Shown here: piece after piece, positions 46,247-55,526 of the stretch
How the letters are laid out: each line of letters starts with the position of its first letter
Position numbering within the stretch: the stretch's first letter is position 1
Origin: Candidatus Moraniibacteriota bacterium
GTDB lineage: Bacteria; Patescibacteriota; Minisyncoccia; Moranbacterales; UBA2206
Length of the DNA: 64,000 bases
Direction of reading: 5' to 3'
Assembly (NCBI GenBank): GCA_049297495.1
Contig: JBAQUL010000015.1
Location: 609-64,608, forward strand
Notes under the pieces: generated by a model
The model's input: the letters and a program-made list of their open reading frames with translations, nothing else
Database searches by the model: none
Told to the model about the DNA's origin: nothing
Made by a program: the position numbers and the translations under genes

Positions 46247-49037
46247 CTGATGTTACATTTCCGTCCTTTTTATTTTTTCTATCTGTTGAATTGAAATTAT
46301 CAAGGAAGGTATTTTGACTTGCGTTTTTCAGCGTGATGCCAATTTCGCTGCCATGCATAGCATTGTTTACAAAGATATTATTTCTGGAGTTTCCATAGAC
46401 ATACATGCCATAGGCGTTTTCAGTGATGGTGTTATTTTCGAAGAAATTTCCCACCGAGTCAATGTTAAGTCGGATACCTTTTTTATTATTGTGGATATTG
46501 TTGTCCAAAACAATGTTTTTGCTAGATTGATAGATGGTAATGCCATCGACATTTTCGTATACCGTGTTTCCTTGAATAAGATTATTATTCGATTCGCGGT
46601 CAATCATGATGCCATGCAAGCGATTATCGAAAGAAGTATTATTGATAATTTTGTTATCAAAACAGCGTCTTGAAATGATGATCCCATGATTACCATTGTT
46701 ATGCGATAGATTATTCTCAATCAGCATATTATTAGAGTCATCATGCGGGTCAAGTCCATATTGAATATTATCATAAAATTCATTTTCTCCAAAGATCATG
46801 CCTGTTATTCCGTAGGTATAGGCTCCAAAATAATTGTCGTGAAATTTATTGCCGCGCACAATTCCCGTCAATAAACGCTCATGCAAGCCTTTCCCCTTGA
46901 GTTTCCAGGACACTCCATAGGATCCTCCGAATTGCCCTCCACGTCTTGGTGCTCCGACATAGCCAAGATAGCCAAGCTCTGAATCGATGATGTCCATTCG
47001 ACCATCATTTTTGGCGGTAATATAGCTTCTCCCATCTTCATGATTAGAGTCTGGCGCGCCATTCTTTTCGTCCCAGGAAGTGATTTTTGTTTTTGAAATG
47101 AGGATGCTTCCTGACTCAGAACGCAGCCAAAAAAAACCATTGTCATCACTTTTAATTTTTAAATATGTCACATCTTTTTCATCGAGCACTAGTGTTACAT
47201 CTTTTCCAATATAGAGGTTGGCGCGTAATATCCATTCTCCTGGAGCAGTCTGCTCAAGAAGTTTTCGATTTGCAAAACTAAGTGAACGACTAATTTTTGT
47301 GAGCGTGGCAATGCTTCCGGCTTGTTTGACAAAGATGGTGTTACTCGCCGCTTCATAGTTAACTCGTGGTGGTTTAGCGAAAGTATTGGGAACGACGGTG
47401 CTACTCAGTGGATTTCTTAGATCTTCCACGGGAATGGCTATTTGCTGGCCAGCTGCTAGCGGTGTCAGCCTGCCAAGAGGCACCTTGGTCTCTGCGTTTA
47501 AAATTGTTCCGGTTGGTGTTAAATTGAATCTCTTGCGGATCAGTGGCAGTGTGTCTCCGACTTTGGCAATGTAATAACCATAGGGATCATTCTGATTTTC
47601 AGTGATAAGGTCCGTCTTTATTTTATCTAACTCAGCGCTACTTGGTCGAGATTTGGTTGGTGTAAGAATCGACAATTTTTGTGATGGCGCTTTTTTTTCA
47701 AGACTTGGCGTTTTTGGCACTTCTGTTTGCGCCAATTTTACAGCGCTATTCTTAAAACAGAAAACGATAAAAAATAGTGCAAAAATGATTGACAGTGCTG
47801 CAACAAAAGAAAGACCGCGCTCAAGAAAGCCCAGGCCCTTCAACCGACTCTTGTCCCAGCGTGTGATCCAGCCTTGCTTGTCGATAGTAATCAGGGCATA
47901 AATTTTAATTGCTGCTACGACAAAGGTCATTGCGACATAGATGGGCAAGATAAGAATATCTTGGGGCTTTTCTTTGAGATGGGGGTATATTTTTATAATG
48001 CGACTTAGCAGCCACCAACATGCGATGATTAGGGCGATCTGCCAGTGTCCAAGATATAGCGAAACTATAAAATAGGAAAAACCGAGAAGGAGGGTTACGG
48101 GAGAAACTAATTTATCAAGCATGTGAAACGCCAGCATTTTGTGGTTTTTCCAAACCCAGCCACTAAGAAGAACTCTAGAATCGGATCTGAGGCCATTTCT
48201 TGCCCAACGTAATTTTTGCTTGAGAAAACTGGTTACATCTGTCGTGCCATTCGTGTAGACTTTCACATCCCGAAGATAGCGGGTTTTCCACCCTTTTGCG
48301 TGGACCAGGTTAGTAAGTGTCTTGTCATCACCACTGATCATTTTTTTACCCCAAAAAGTTTCGTTTTCAAGTTTGTCCAGTTCATCAATGATGGCAATTC
48401 TGCGATAAACGGCGGTTCGACCGGAGAGACAGAGGATGGCATTGCTAACAGTTGCCAGGAATGGATATTCAAGTAGATATCTGTCATCAAGTAGGAATTT
48501 GAATAATTTTCGCGAGAGTGTATCAGTTTTCAAGATATCTTGTCTTGTGACGAGTCCGCCAACTTCCGGGTCCGCAAATGTTCCCAAGAGCGTGTCTTTG
48601 ATATCCGCGCTCCAGATAGTGTCACTATCAACAAAGGCGATAATCTCACTGCTTGATGCTCTTGCGCCATCAACAAGGGCGGGACGTTTTCCTGGTTTTT
48701 TGGTAATGATCATTTTGGCACCAGAGAAATTTTTTGAAAATTTTTCAAAAATCTCAATCGAACTCTTGTCGGTGTGGTCGATTACGGCAATGATTTCGTC
48801 TGGCTTATTGGCTTCCCAAGAATAGAGCGCCAATTGAAACATCTCCGGGTCTTCGTTATACACTGGAGTTATAATAGAGAGAGTGGCCTTATAGGTGCCT
48901 TCGGGTGATTTATAGAAAAGGGAGATAATTTTTCGAATAATCCAAACGCTCCAGCGCCAGATGCCGATAATGCCAAGTGGGAGATAGAAAACGATAAACT
49001 GGCTATATTGGTAAAGTGAATTCAAAAAAGTCTCCAT
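46221..49037 (-). CDS. Processive GT2 polysaccharide synthase (cellulose / PNAG / hyaluronan-synthase-like) fused to a LysM domain and a C-terminal right-handed parallel beta-helix (CASH/PbH1) domain
   Basis: The N-terminal transmembrane helices are followed by a GT2 domain (ITPVYNED, DSDT, QKLRWARN, i.e. Q-x-x-RW), then four or more transmembrane helices. A LysM-like segment follows (GDTLPLIRKRF...GQQIAIP). The C-terminus has about ten PbH1 repeats (NNxI / ENN). Confidence 0.7.
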   Translation of the reverse strand: METFLNSLYQYSQFIVFYLPLGIIGIWRWSVWIIRKIISLFYKSPEGTYKATLSIITPVYNEDPEMFQLALYSWEANKPDEIIAVIDHTDKSSIEIFEKFSKNFSGAKMIITKKPGKRPALVDGARASSSEIIAFVDSDTIWSADIKDTLLGTFADPEVGGLVTRQDILKTDTLSRKLFKFLLDDRYLLEYPFLATVSNAILCLSGRTAVYRRIAIIDELDKLENETFWGKKMISGDDKTLTNLVHAKGWKTRYLRDVKVYTNGTTDVTSFLKQKLRWARNGLRSDSRVLLSGWVWKNHKMLAFHMLDKLVSPVTLLLGFSYFIVSLYLGHWQIALIIACWWLLSRIIKIYPHLKEKPQDILILPIYVAMTFVVAAIKIYALITIDKQGWITRWDKSRLKGLGFLERGLSFVAALSIIFALFFIVFCFKNSAVKLAQTEVPKTPSLEKKAPSQKLSILTPTKSRPSSAELDKIKTDLITENQNDPYGYYIAKVGDTLPLIRKRFNLTPTGTILNAETKVPLGRLTPLAAGQQIAIPVEDLRNPLSSTVVPNTFAKPPRVNYEAASNTIFVKQAGSIATLTKISRSLSFANRKLLEQTAPGEWILRANLYIGKDVTLVLDEKDVTYLKIKSDDNGFFWLRSESGSILISKTKITSWDEKNGAPDSNHEDGRSYITAKNDGRMDIIDSELGYLGYVGAPRRGGQFGGSYGVSWKLKGKGLHERLLTGIVRGNKFHDNYFGAYTYGITGMIFGENEFYDNIQYGLDPHDDSNNMLIENNLSHNNGNHGIIISRRCFDNKIINNTSFDNRLHGIMIDRESNNNLIQGNTVYENVDGITIYQSSKNIVLDNNIHNNKKGIRLNIDSVGNFFENNTITENAYGMYVYGNSRNNIFVNNAMHGSEIGITLKNASQNTFLDNFNSTDRKNKKDGNVTSDAYDNNIQ

Positions 49038-49077
49038 AGAATTATCTTTGGGTTAGTGAATTGTTAGTGTAATCAAA

Positions 49078-49998
49078 CTAGTATTCCAAATATTGCTTAT
49101 TCTTGAGATGTTCGTTGACCTGAATAACAGCATGAAGTAGGCGCATTTTTTTCTTTGCCTTTTCACTGGACCAGTTGAGGAATGCAAGAGTATCTTTTGG
49201 CAAACATGATCCGTCGAATGGTCCAAAATTTCGAATGCCGTATTGTTTATTCCAAGATGCTTCAGCGCTATCAACGACAGTACGGAAAATTTTATCAGCA
49301 TCAACCCCAATTGATTCAGCTACTAAACGCATTTCGTTAAAGAAGGAGATTTTTGTCGCATTGTAGATATTGTGCACATATTTCATCATTTCAGCTTCTT
49401 TGATGGACATGTGAACAATTGGTGCTCCAAATGGCTGGTATAGTTCATCAAGAACTTGAGCCACTTTGGCGTTATTGCTTCCAATAACGATGATCCAGGG
49501 GTGCATAAAGTCCTCTTCGGCGCTAATTTCGCGCAAAAACTCAGGGTTCATGGCTATACCAAAGTCCTTTTCTACTTTTTTTCCGGAATATTTCTCAATA
49601 ATCGGAACGAAACGGGTTTCAACAGTTCCCGGGGGAACTGTTGAGCGGATGACGATAATCGGCCAATTTGTGCTATCTTTCAAAACTTGCCCGAGACTGG
49701 CGAGGGCTGAGTCGATAAAGCGAAAATCGAGGTGATCATTAATTGTTGGCGTAAGTACGCTGACGATGTAGATGTCACGGTCATGGGAGCAGTCAGATCC
49801 AATATTGCAGGCAGTTAAGCCATCTTTGTTTAAGGCTTCAATGAGGATGGTGTTGATATCGACAAAGGTGACATCGTGGCCGGTAGCCAGGAAACCTTTT
49901 CCGGCCGCTTTTCCTACAAAGCCAGAGCCAATTGCTGCGATCTTTTTTTTGTTAATTTTGCCAGGAGAAGGAATTCCTGTGGTTTCTTGTGTTTCCAT
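49078..49998 (-). CDS. Nucleotide-sugar dehydrogenase (short member of the UDP-glucose/GDP-mannose dehydrogenase family)
   Basis: It has an N-terminal IAAIGSGFVGKA NAD fold and the catalytic GSCLPKDT motif. At 306 aa it is shorter than Ugd. Confidence 0.65.
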   Translation of the reverse strand: METQETTGIPSPGKINKKKIAAIGSGFVGKAAGKGFLATGHDVTFVDINTILIEALNKDGLTACNIGSDCSHDRDIYIVSVLTPTINDHLDFRFIDSALASLGQVLKDSTNWPIIVIRSTVPPGTVETRFVPIIEKYSGKKVEKDFGIAMNPEFLREISAEEDFMHPWIIVIGSNNAKVAQVLDELYQPFGAPIVHMSIKEAEMMKYVHNIYNATKISFFNEMRLVAESIGVDADKIFRTVVDSAEASWNKQYGIRNFGPFDGSCLPKDTLAFLNWSSEKAKKKMRLLHAVIQVNEHLKNKQYLEY

Positions 49999-50209
49999 AA
50001 TATTTTGATTTAGGTTGGTTAGAAATATGTAGATTTAAAGAAGCAATTATTAGCCATTCTATAGGCAAAAATAAAATAAGTCAATAATAATTTGTTTGCT
50101 GTATTTGCGAGGAGTTAATATGTTGAATTACGAAATAATAAGGATTTGTAATAATTCACATTTTGTTTTATAATTAAGTCACAAAAAGAATCGTAAAACA
50201 GAATTATTA

Positions 50210-51478
50210 ATGGGAATCTTTTCTAAAATTTTTAGTGCAGGAAAATCTTCATCGGATTATTATCTGTCGCTTGATATTGGAACTGAAGTTGTTAAAGCTT
50301 TAGTGTTTAAAGTTGACACGGAAAATGGTTCTGGGATAATTAAGGGTGTTGGTCGTTCAAGGCAAGGTCTCAAGGATATGCATAGCGGAGCTGTTTCCGA
50401 TATTACGGGTGTGATTGAGAATTGTCGTCATGCAATTGATGCAGCAGTAGCAATGGCGGGAATAAAAAAAGTTGAAAAAGCTATTGTGGGAATTGCCGGG
50501 GAATTGGTCAAGGGAACGACGACGACAGTTCATTATGAAAGAATTAAACCAGAAATGCGGATTGATTTTCCAGAGTTAAAAAATATCATTCAAAAAGTTC
50601 AATGGAAAGCTTTCGATCGCATACGCCAGCAGCTTGCGTGGGAAACTGGACATAATGAAATTGAAGTAAAACTAATTAACGCAGCAATTGTTGATGTGCG
50701 AATTGATGGCTATAAGATAACAAATCCCTTGGGTTTTCAAGGAAAGGATGTTTCCATCTCGGTTTTTAACGCCTATGCGCCGATGGTGCACTTAGGTGCA
50801 CTGCAGACGATTGCTGATGAATTGAAGCTTGACTTGCTTTCTATTGCGGCAGAGCCGTATGCGGTGGCAAAATCAATGGGCGTAGATGACATTGTTGATT
50901 TTAGTGCAATTTTTATTGATATTGGTGGAGGGACAACTGACATTGCTCTTGTCCGAAACGGAGGGTTGGAGGGTACGAAAATGTTTGCATTAGGTGGTCG
51001 TGCTTTTACGAAAAGATTGGCGACCGAATTGGGTGTTGGTTTTGAAGAAGCGGAAAACTTTAAAATTCGCTATGCCGAAGGAAAGCTAGGCAGGGACGTC
51101 TCTGGAAAAATTGAAAAAATGTTTACCGATGATTGTAATGTCTGGCTGTCTGGAGTCGAGCTATCATTATCGGAATTTTCTGAAAATGATTTGTTGCCAA
51201 ATAAGATTTTTCTGTGCGGTGGAGGTTCTGGATTGCCTGGTATAAAAAAGGCGCTTATGACTTCGGCTTGGACTAAAAATTTACCTTTTGCCAAAGAAGT
51301 AGAGGTGAGTTTTTTGCAGCCAAAAGATGTTGTGAATATTTTTGATGAAACGAGGGAATTGCGTGATCCACAAGACATCACTCCGATGGGGCTGGCCAAT
51401 CTGGTCATAGAATTAGTGGGCGAGGAAAAGGTTTTGGCGGGAATCCTTCGGAGGGCCGTGAAAATGATTCAAAAATAG
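50210..51478 (+). CDS. ftsA: FtsA-like actin-family ATPase (probably cell-division protein FtsA)
   Basis: It has LSLDIGTEVVKALV (phosphate 1), IFIDIGGGTTDIALV (phosphate 2) and an FtsA-like domain order. Confidence 0.65.
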   Translation: MGIFSKIFSAGKSSSDYYLSLDIGTEVVKALVFKVDTENGSGIIKGVGRSRQGLKDMHSGAVSDITGVIENCRHAIDAAVAMAGIKKVEKAIVGIAGELVKGTTTTVHYERIKPEMRIDFPELKNIIQKVQWKAFDRIRQQLAWETGHNEIEVKLINAAIVDVRIDGYKITNPLGFQGKDVSISVFNAYAPMVHLGALQTIADELKLDLLSIAAEPYAVAKSMGVDDIVDFSAIFIDIGGGTTDIALVRNGGLEGTKMFALGGRAFTKRLATELGVGFEEAENFKIRYAEGKLGRDVSGKIEKMFTDDCNVWLSGVELSLSEFSENDLLPNKIFLCGGGSGLPGIKKALMTSAWTKNLPFAKEVEVSFLQPKDVVNIFDETRELRDPQDITPMGLANLVIELVGEEKVLAGILRRAVKMIQK

Positions 51479-51527
51479 AAAACTCCATAATTTTGCATTT
51501 TGATTTTTAATTTTTTATTTGAATACT

Positions 51528-53747
51528 ATGCATCAAACATTCTATATTGATATCGATGAGGAAATCACATCAATAGTTGAAAAGCTTCGGAAAACTGAAG
51601 CGCCAGAAGCTGTTATCGTTGTGCCCAAAAGGGCTCTACTCATACAAAGTATAGTAAATTTAAAATTGCTTCGCAAAGAGGCGGATAGTTTGGGATTAAA
51701 AATAAGTATTGTTACTCAGGACAAATTAGGGAAAATGCTTATTAAAAAAGCTGGGATTTCCATTAGTCAAAAATTAGAGGATAGTCTTGGTGAATTAGAA
51801 CTTGATACTGATAATGATAGGCCGAAAAAAGAATTTAAACGAGAGATTGAGACGACTGAATTGGATGAGGATAATCATCGAAGCCAGCGAAATTTAGAGA
51901 AAATTGGATCTGCTGATTATTTCATATCCAATGATGACAAGGATCGGTTTTCTGAAAATGAGAGCGGATGGGAGGAATTGGAGGAGATAAAGGAAAAAGA
52001 ATCCTCTCCTGACGCTAATATTGATAGTGGTCAGCGAATAAATGTTGGTAGTGGAATTTTACCAAGCAGAGAAGAGGGTCTTAAGAAAAAAAATGTTCCA
52101 GCGATGGACGTGGCCAATCCTAGTCGTATGCCTAGTAGGAATTCAGCACAAACCAATTTGGACGCTCCCATTCGTAACACCGTATCAGCTCGTAATGACA
52201 TGGCAATCTCTGGTGGGCGATCCATATCAGGTGGCCCCGCTCGCTTGGCTGTGCCAAGGAACGAAAGTGTACGGGCAGGGAGCGGATCGTACAATGAAAC
52301 AAGCGAGTTAACTCGAAATTCCAATCCTGTCGGAGGTTATGGGCAAAGAAGAGTGGGCGCAACAATTCAGGATTCAGCTGATAATCGCGCTAGACTTCCT
52401 TATGACAAGACCACTCCAAATTACGAGAAAGGTAATAATCGCAGATACGAGGCTAGGCAAAAAGAATCTCCTCGCGATGAACAATTGGAAAAGTTTTTTT
52501 ATGCAAATAATTTTCCTCAGAAGGGTAAGGAGAATTATGCTGACGAAAAAAATGCCGTAACCTCACGATTAGGCGGGAGACTCATGAAAGCGGTAGTGGT
52601 TTTAGGTGCCGTTGTTTTAGTTTTGGGCTTGGCATATATTGCCTATCAATATGTTCCAAAAGCTATTGTTACTGTTTTTGCGAAAAAAGAAGTTAAGTCT
52701 GCCGATATAGAAATTTCCGGGGATGTCAATTTGGACGATATTAATTACGAGAAATCAACTATTCCCGCGAAACTGATGGAATTTGACGAAGAAGTTTCAA
52801 AAACGTTTAATTCAACTGGAGGAAAGAGCGTTTCAAATCAGAAAGCCAAAGGAAAGATCACAATATATAATGAATTTAGTTCTTCAGCTCAGCCGCTCGT
52901 GGCCACTACCAGGTTTTTAAGCGATAATCAAAAGATGTTTCGCTTGGTGCAAGGCGTGACGATTCCTGGTACAACTAAAGTGGGTGAAGAAATTAAGCCG
53001 GGTGTTGTTGAGGCAGAAATAGTTGCAGATGAAGCTGGTGACTCATTTAATATTGATGCGACGAATTTTAGTATTCCAGGATTCAAAAATAGCGGAAATG
53101 ACAAATCGACCAAGATTTATGCCAAATCACTTTCTCCAATGACAGGCGGGGGTAATGGCAACGATGAAATCCATGTCGTATCCGAAAAGGATGTTAGTGA
53201 CGCAAAGGACAAGATTTCTCTGGAAATAACCAGTATGATTAAAAATAAAGTTAAGAGTTCTGTGTCGGATATGGTGATTCTTGATGATGCTATCATTATC
53301 GATGAGCCAGTATATCGCATTTCTAATTCTGCCGGCGAAACGGCTGATAGTTTCGAAATAAAAGCTCAGGCGCACGCGCGGGCGCTGGTTTTTTCTGAAA
53401 GCGATGTTAAGAAAATTGCTAATACGGTTATTTCAAAATCGGGCAATGGAAAGATAAATATTGATAGCGGATCGATACTGGTTGACTATGGGAAATCTAA
53501 TGCTGATTTCAAGCTTAGTACGATCGATATTAAAATGCATGCCTCGAGTGTTATGCAACCTAATCTTGATTTAGAGAATTTAAAACGAGGAATTTTAGGA
53601 AAAAATAATGATGAGCTGGCTGATTATTTGAAAGGCTATCCAAGCATAGAAAAGGCCGAAGTGGAATATTTTCCTCAAATATTTGTCAGTAAAATCCCAT
53701 TGAACGAAAAAAGAGTTGAAGTTATCCTCAACGCTACAATGCCATAG
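51528..53747 (+). CDS. Membrane protein with a long disordered cytoplasmic N-terminus, a single transmembrane helix and an extracellular domain (hypothetical)
   Basis: An ATG at 51528 is the likely start; the track's TTG lies at 51519. The transmembrane helix is LMKAVVVLGAVVLVLGLAYIAY. An Asn/Ser/Arg-rich low-complexity region precedes it. Confidence 0.45.
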   Translation: MHQTFYIDIDEEITSIVEKLRKTEAPEAVIVVPKRALLIQSIVNLKLLRKEADSLGLKISIVTQDKLGKMLIKKAGISISQKLEDSLGELELDTDNDRPKKEFKREIETTELDEDNHRSQRNLEKIGSADYFISNDDKDRFSENESGWEELEEIKEKESSPDANIDSGQRINVGSGILPSREEGLKKKNVPAMDVANPSRMPSRNSAQTNLDAPIRNTVSARNDMAISGGRSISGGPARLAVPRNESVRAGSGSYNETSELTRNSNPVGGYGQRRVGATIQDSADNRARLPYDKTTPNYEKGNNRRYEARQKESPRDEQLEKFFYANNFPQKGKENYADEKNAVTSRLGGRLMKAVVVLGAVVLVLGLAYIAYQYVPKAIVTVFAKKEVKSADIEISGDVNLDDINYEKSTIPAKLMEFDEEVSKTFNSTGGKSVSNQKAKGKITIYNEFSSSAQPLVATTRFLSDNQKMFRLVQGVTIPGTTKVGEEIKPGVVEAEIVADEAGDSFNIDATNFSIPGFKNSGNDKSTKIYAKSLSPMTGGGNGNDEIHVVSEKDVSDAKDKISLEITSMIKNKVKSSVSDMVILDDAIIIDEPVYRISNSAGETADSFEIKAQAHARALVFSESDVKKIANTVISKSGNGKINIDSGSILVDYGKSNADFKLSTIDIKMHASSVMQPNLDLENLKRGILGKNNDELADYLKGYPSIEKAEVEYFPQIFVSKIPLNEKRVEVILNATMP

Positions 53748-53761
53748 TATAAAAATAATTG

Positions 53762-53834
53762 AGCCATCTGTCGGGATTGAACCGACGACCTACGGTTTAC
53801 GATACCGTCGCTCTACCAACTGAGCTAAGATGGC
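53762..53834 (-). tRNA. tRNA-Thr (anticodon CGU)
   Basis: Hand-folded cloverleaf: the 7-bp acceptor stem pairs GCCAUCU with AGAUGGC. The D-arm is GCUC-AGUUGGUA-GAGC. The anticodon stem is ACGGU/ACCGU with loop AUCGUAA (U33, CGU, A37). The T-arm is GUCGG-UUCAAUC-CCGAC. No CCA is encoded. Confidence 0.85.
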
Positions 53835-53844
53835 TTATATGGTT

Positions 53845-53960
53845 TTCGAAAGATACTAATCGGCCATTGCTCGGACCTTGTCCCTGATTACCGGTGGCAC
53901 GCCGCTAAAGGCTATGGCCGACGGAGCGCAGGCAGGCGCCTCGGACAGAAGCTAAGATAA
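53845..53960. other. GC-rich structured non-coding segment next to tRNA-Thr. It could be a small ncRNA or the 5' leader of the downstream rubrerythrin gene.
   Basis: It contains a 7-bp closing stem (CGGCCAT...ATGGCCG) and the GCAGGCAGG motif shared with the elements at 25268 and 58526. It lies in no ORF. Its identity (SRP-like?) is not established. Confidence 0.3.
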
Positions 53961-54085
53961 CAGCACTAATTAATAGTATATTAATTCATTAAATAATTCA
54001 ACCATATTCACCCCAGCTATAAACAGTTTTCTATGTTGGGCAGTTGCAATCTAAAAGTGAGCTAATAATTAACTTATTTAAATCT

Positions 54086-54622
54086 ATGGAAAATTCTAGT
54101 GGGGTAAACTTATATATCTGTGAAATTTGCGGAGACGCCTATATTGGCGTGGAAAAACCAAGTGATTGTCCTTTTTGTGGGGCGAAGGGGAATTTCATAA
54201 AAAATGGCTCAGAAGCGCAACCGATTGCAGAAATAAAGATAGAAATTAGTGAGCTTTCTAAGAAAAATCTCATGGAAACGTTAGCATTGGAAACCAGGGC
54301 GAATGCAATTTACCTGTGTATGGCAGGAGAAGCGAAGGACTATCAAATCATGAAAATGTATAAACGTTTGGCGAAAGTGGAACTGGAGCATGCCATTATT
54401 GCGACAAAATTATTAAACATTACTATGCCGGAAATTAAACCGGAAAACTGTTCCAGTGAAGATTTGGAAAATTTTCAAAAGACCATTGAGCTGGAAGACC
54501 ATGCTGTGGAGCTGTATAAAAAATTTGCGAGGGAAGCCAGCGAGGAGCATGTGCGCAAGTTTTTTGGAGCAATTATGCAAGCGGAGATTGGGCACATTGA
54601 ACTCATCAAGAATTTTATCTGA
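54086..54622 (+). CDS. Reverse rubrerythrin (an N-terminal rubredoxin-like Cys4 domain followed by a ferritin-like diiron domain)
   Basis: It has CEICG...CPFCG and ferritin-like E-x-x-H motifs (ELEHAI, EIGHIE). The likely ATG start is at 54086; the track's TTG is at 54044. Confidence 0.65.
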   Translation: MENSSGVNLYICEICGDAYIGVEKPSDCPFCGAKGNFIKNGSEAQPIAEIKIEISELSKKNLMETLALETRANAIYLCMAGEAKDYQIMKMYKRLAKVELEHAIIATKLLNITMPEIKPENCSSEDLENFQKTIELEDHAVELYKKFAREASEEHVRKFFGAIMQAEIGHIELIKNFI

Positions 54623-54778
54623 AAGAGCGCAGATAATTCCAAATTTCCAATTTCCAATGTCAAATCAAATCCAAAGTTAAAAATCTAAAAAATAAGCCAA
54701 TGAATTATTTTGTCATTAGAGTTTAGATCTTGGTTGGAAATTTGACATTAGGATTTTGAAATTATAAATTGAAAATTT

Positions 54779-55522
54779 ATGTCTTGGGTTTACACTCTAA
54801 TTTCCGTTTTCATCGTCAGCCTGATTTCCCTCATCGGCGTTTTTACGTTGTCTCTCGATCATAAAAAATTATATAAATACTTAATCTATCTTGTGAGTCT
54901 TTCGGCTGGGACGCTAATGGGCGATGCTTTTATCCACCTTATTCCCGAGGCTTATGAAAATTCCGATGGCACTGTTTTGGTTTCGCTCTATATCCTTTCG
55001 GGTATTTTAGTTTTTTTTGTTTTGGAAAAAGTAATTCATTGGCGCCATTGCCATGAAGAACCTTGTGAAAAACATCCACACCCCTTTTCCTATATCATCC
55101 TGATGGGTGATTCGCTGCATAATTTTGTTGACGGAATGGTTATCGGAGCAAGCTATTTGGTCAGTATTCCTGTGGGAATTGCCACAACCATAGCGGTTAT
55201 TTTTCATGAAATTCCTCAAGAGATTGGTGATTTTGCCTCGCTGATTTATGGTGGTTTCACTCGCAAAAAAGCCTTATTTCTCAATTTTCTAAGTGCGCTT
55301 ACGGCCGTAGCCGGTGCGCTTTTGATTTTAGCTTTTGATCTAAAAATTGATGGCTTGGAAAAATTCTTGGTTCCCTTTGCCGCCGGCGGATTTATCTATA
55401 TCGCCGGAACGGACCTGATTCCGGAATTGCACAAACAAAATGAAGCAAAAAAAGGAGTTTTGCAGGTACTTGCTTTTTTAGTTGGAATCGGGCTAATGTT
55501 AGGAATGTTGCTGATGGAATAA
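54779..55522 (+). CDS. zupT: ZIP-family divalent metal transporter (ZupT-like)
   Basis: It has the ZIP signatures HNFVDGMVIGASY and HEIPQEIGDFA and about eight transmembrane helices. Confidence 0.75.
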   Translation: MSWVYTLISVFIVSLISLIGVFTLSLDHKKLYKYLIYLVSLSAGTLMGDAFIHLIPEAYENSDGTVLVSLYILSGILVFFVLEKVIHWRHCHEEPCEKHPHPFSYIILMGDSLHNFVDGMVIGASYLVSIPVGIATTIAVIFHEIPQEIGDFASLIYGGFTRKKALFLNFLSALTAVAGALLILAFDLKIDGLEKFLVPFAAGGFIYIAGTDLIPELHKQNEAKKGVLQVLAFLVGIGLMLGMLLME

Positions 55523-55526
55523 TCTT

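Noticed and set aside
53845-53960. Calling this region SRP (4.5S) RNA.
   Set aside because: A closing stem and a GGUCCG-like segment are present, but I could not align the conserved helix-8 apical motif (GGAA tetraloop with AGCAGCC) convincingly by eye. I have left it as an unassigned structured segment pending a covariance-model search.
54044-54085. ORF-track TTG start for the rubrerythrin gene. The same applies to the TTG start at 51519 for the membrane protein and the TTG start at 16624 for the wHTH gene.
   Set aside because: In-frame ATG or GTG codons lie a few codons downstream (54086, 51528 and 16654, the last with a GGAGGA Shine-Dalgarno sequence) and are more plausible initiation sites.
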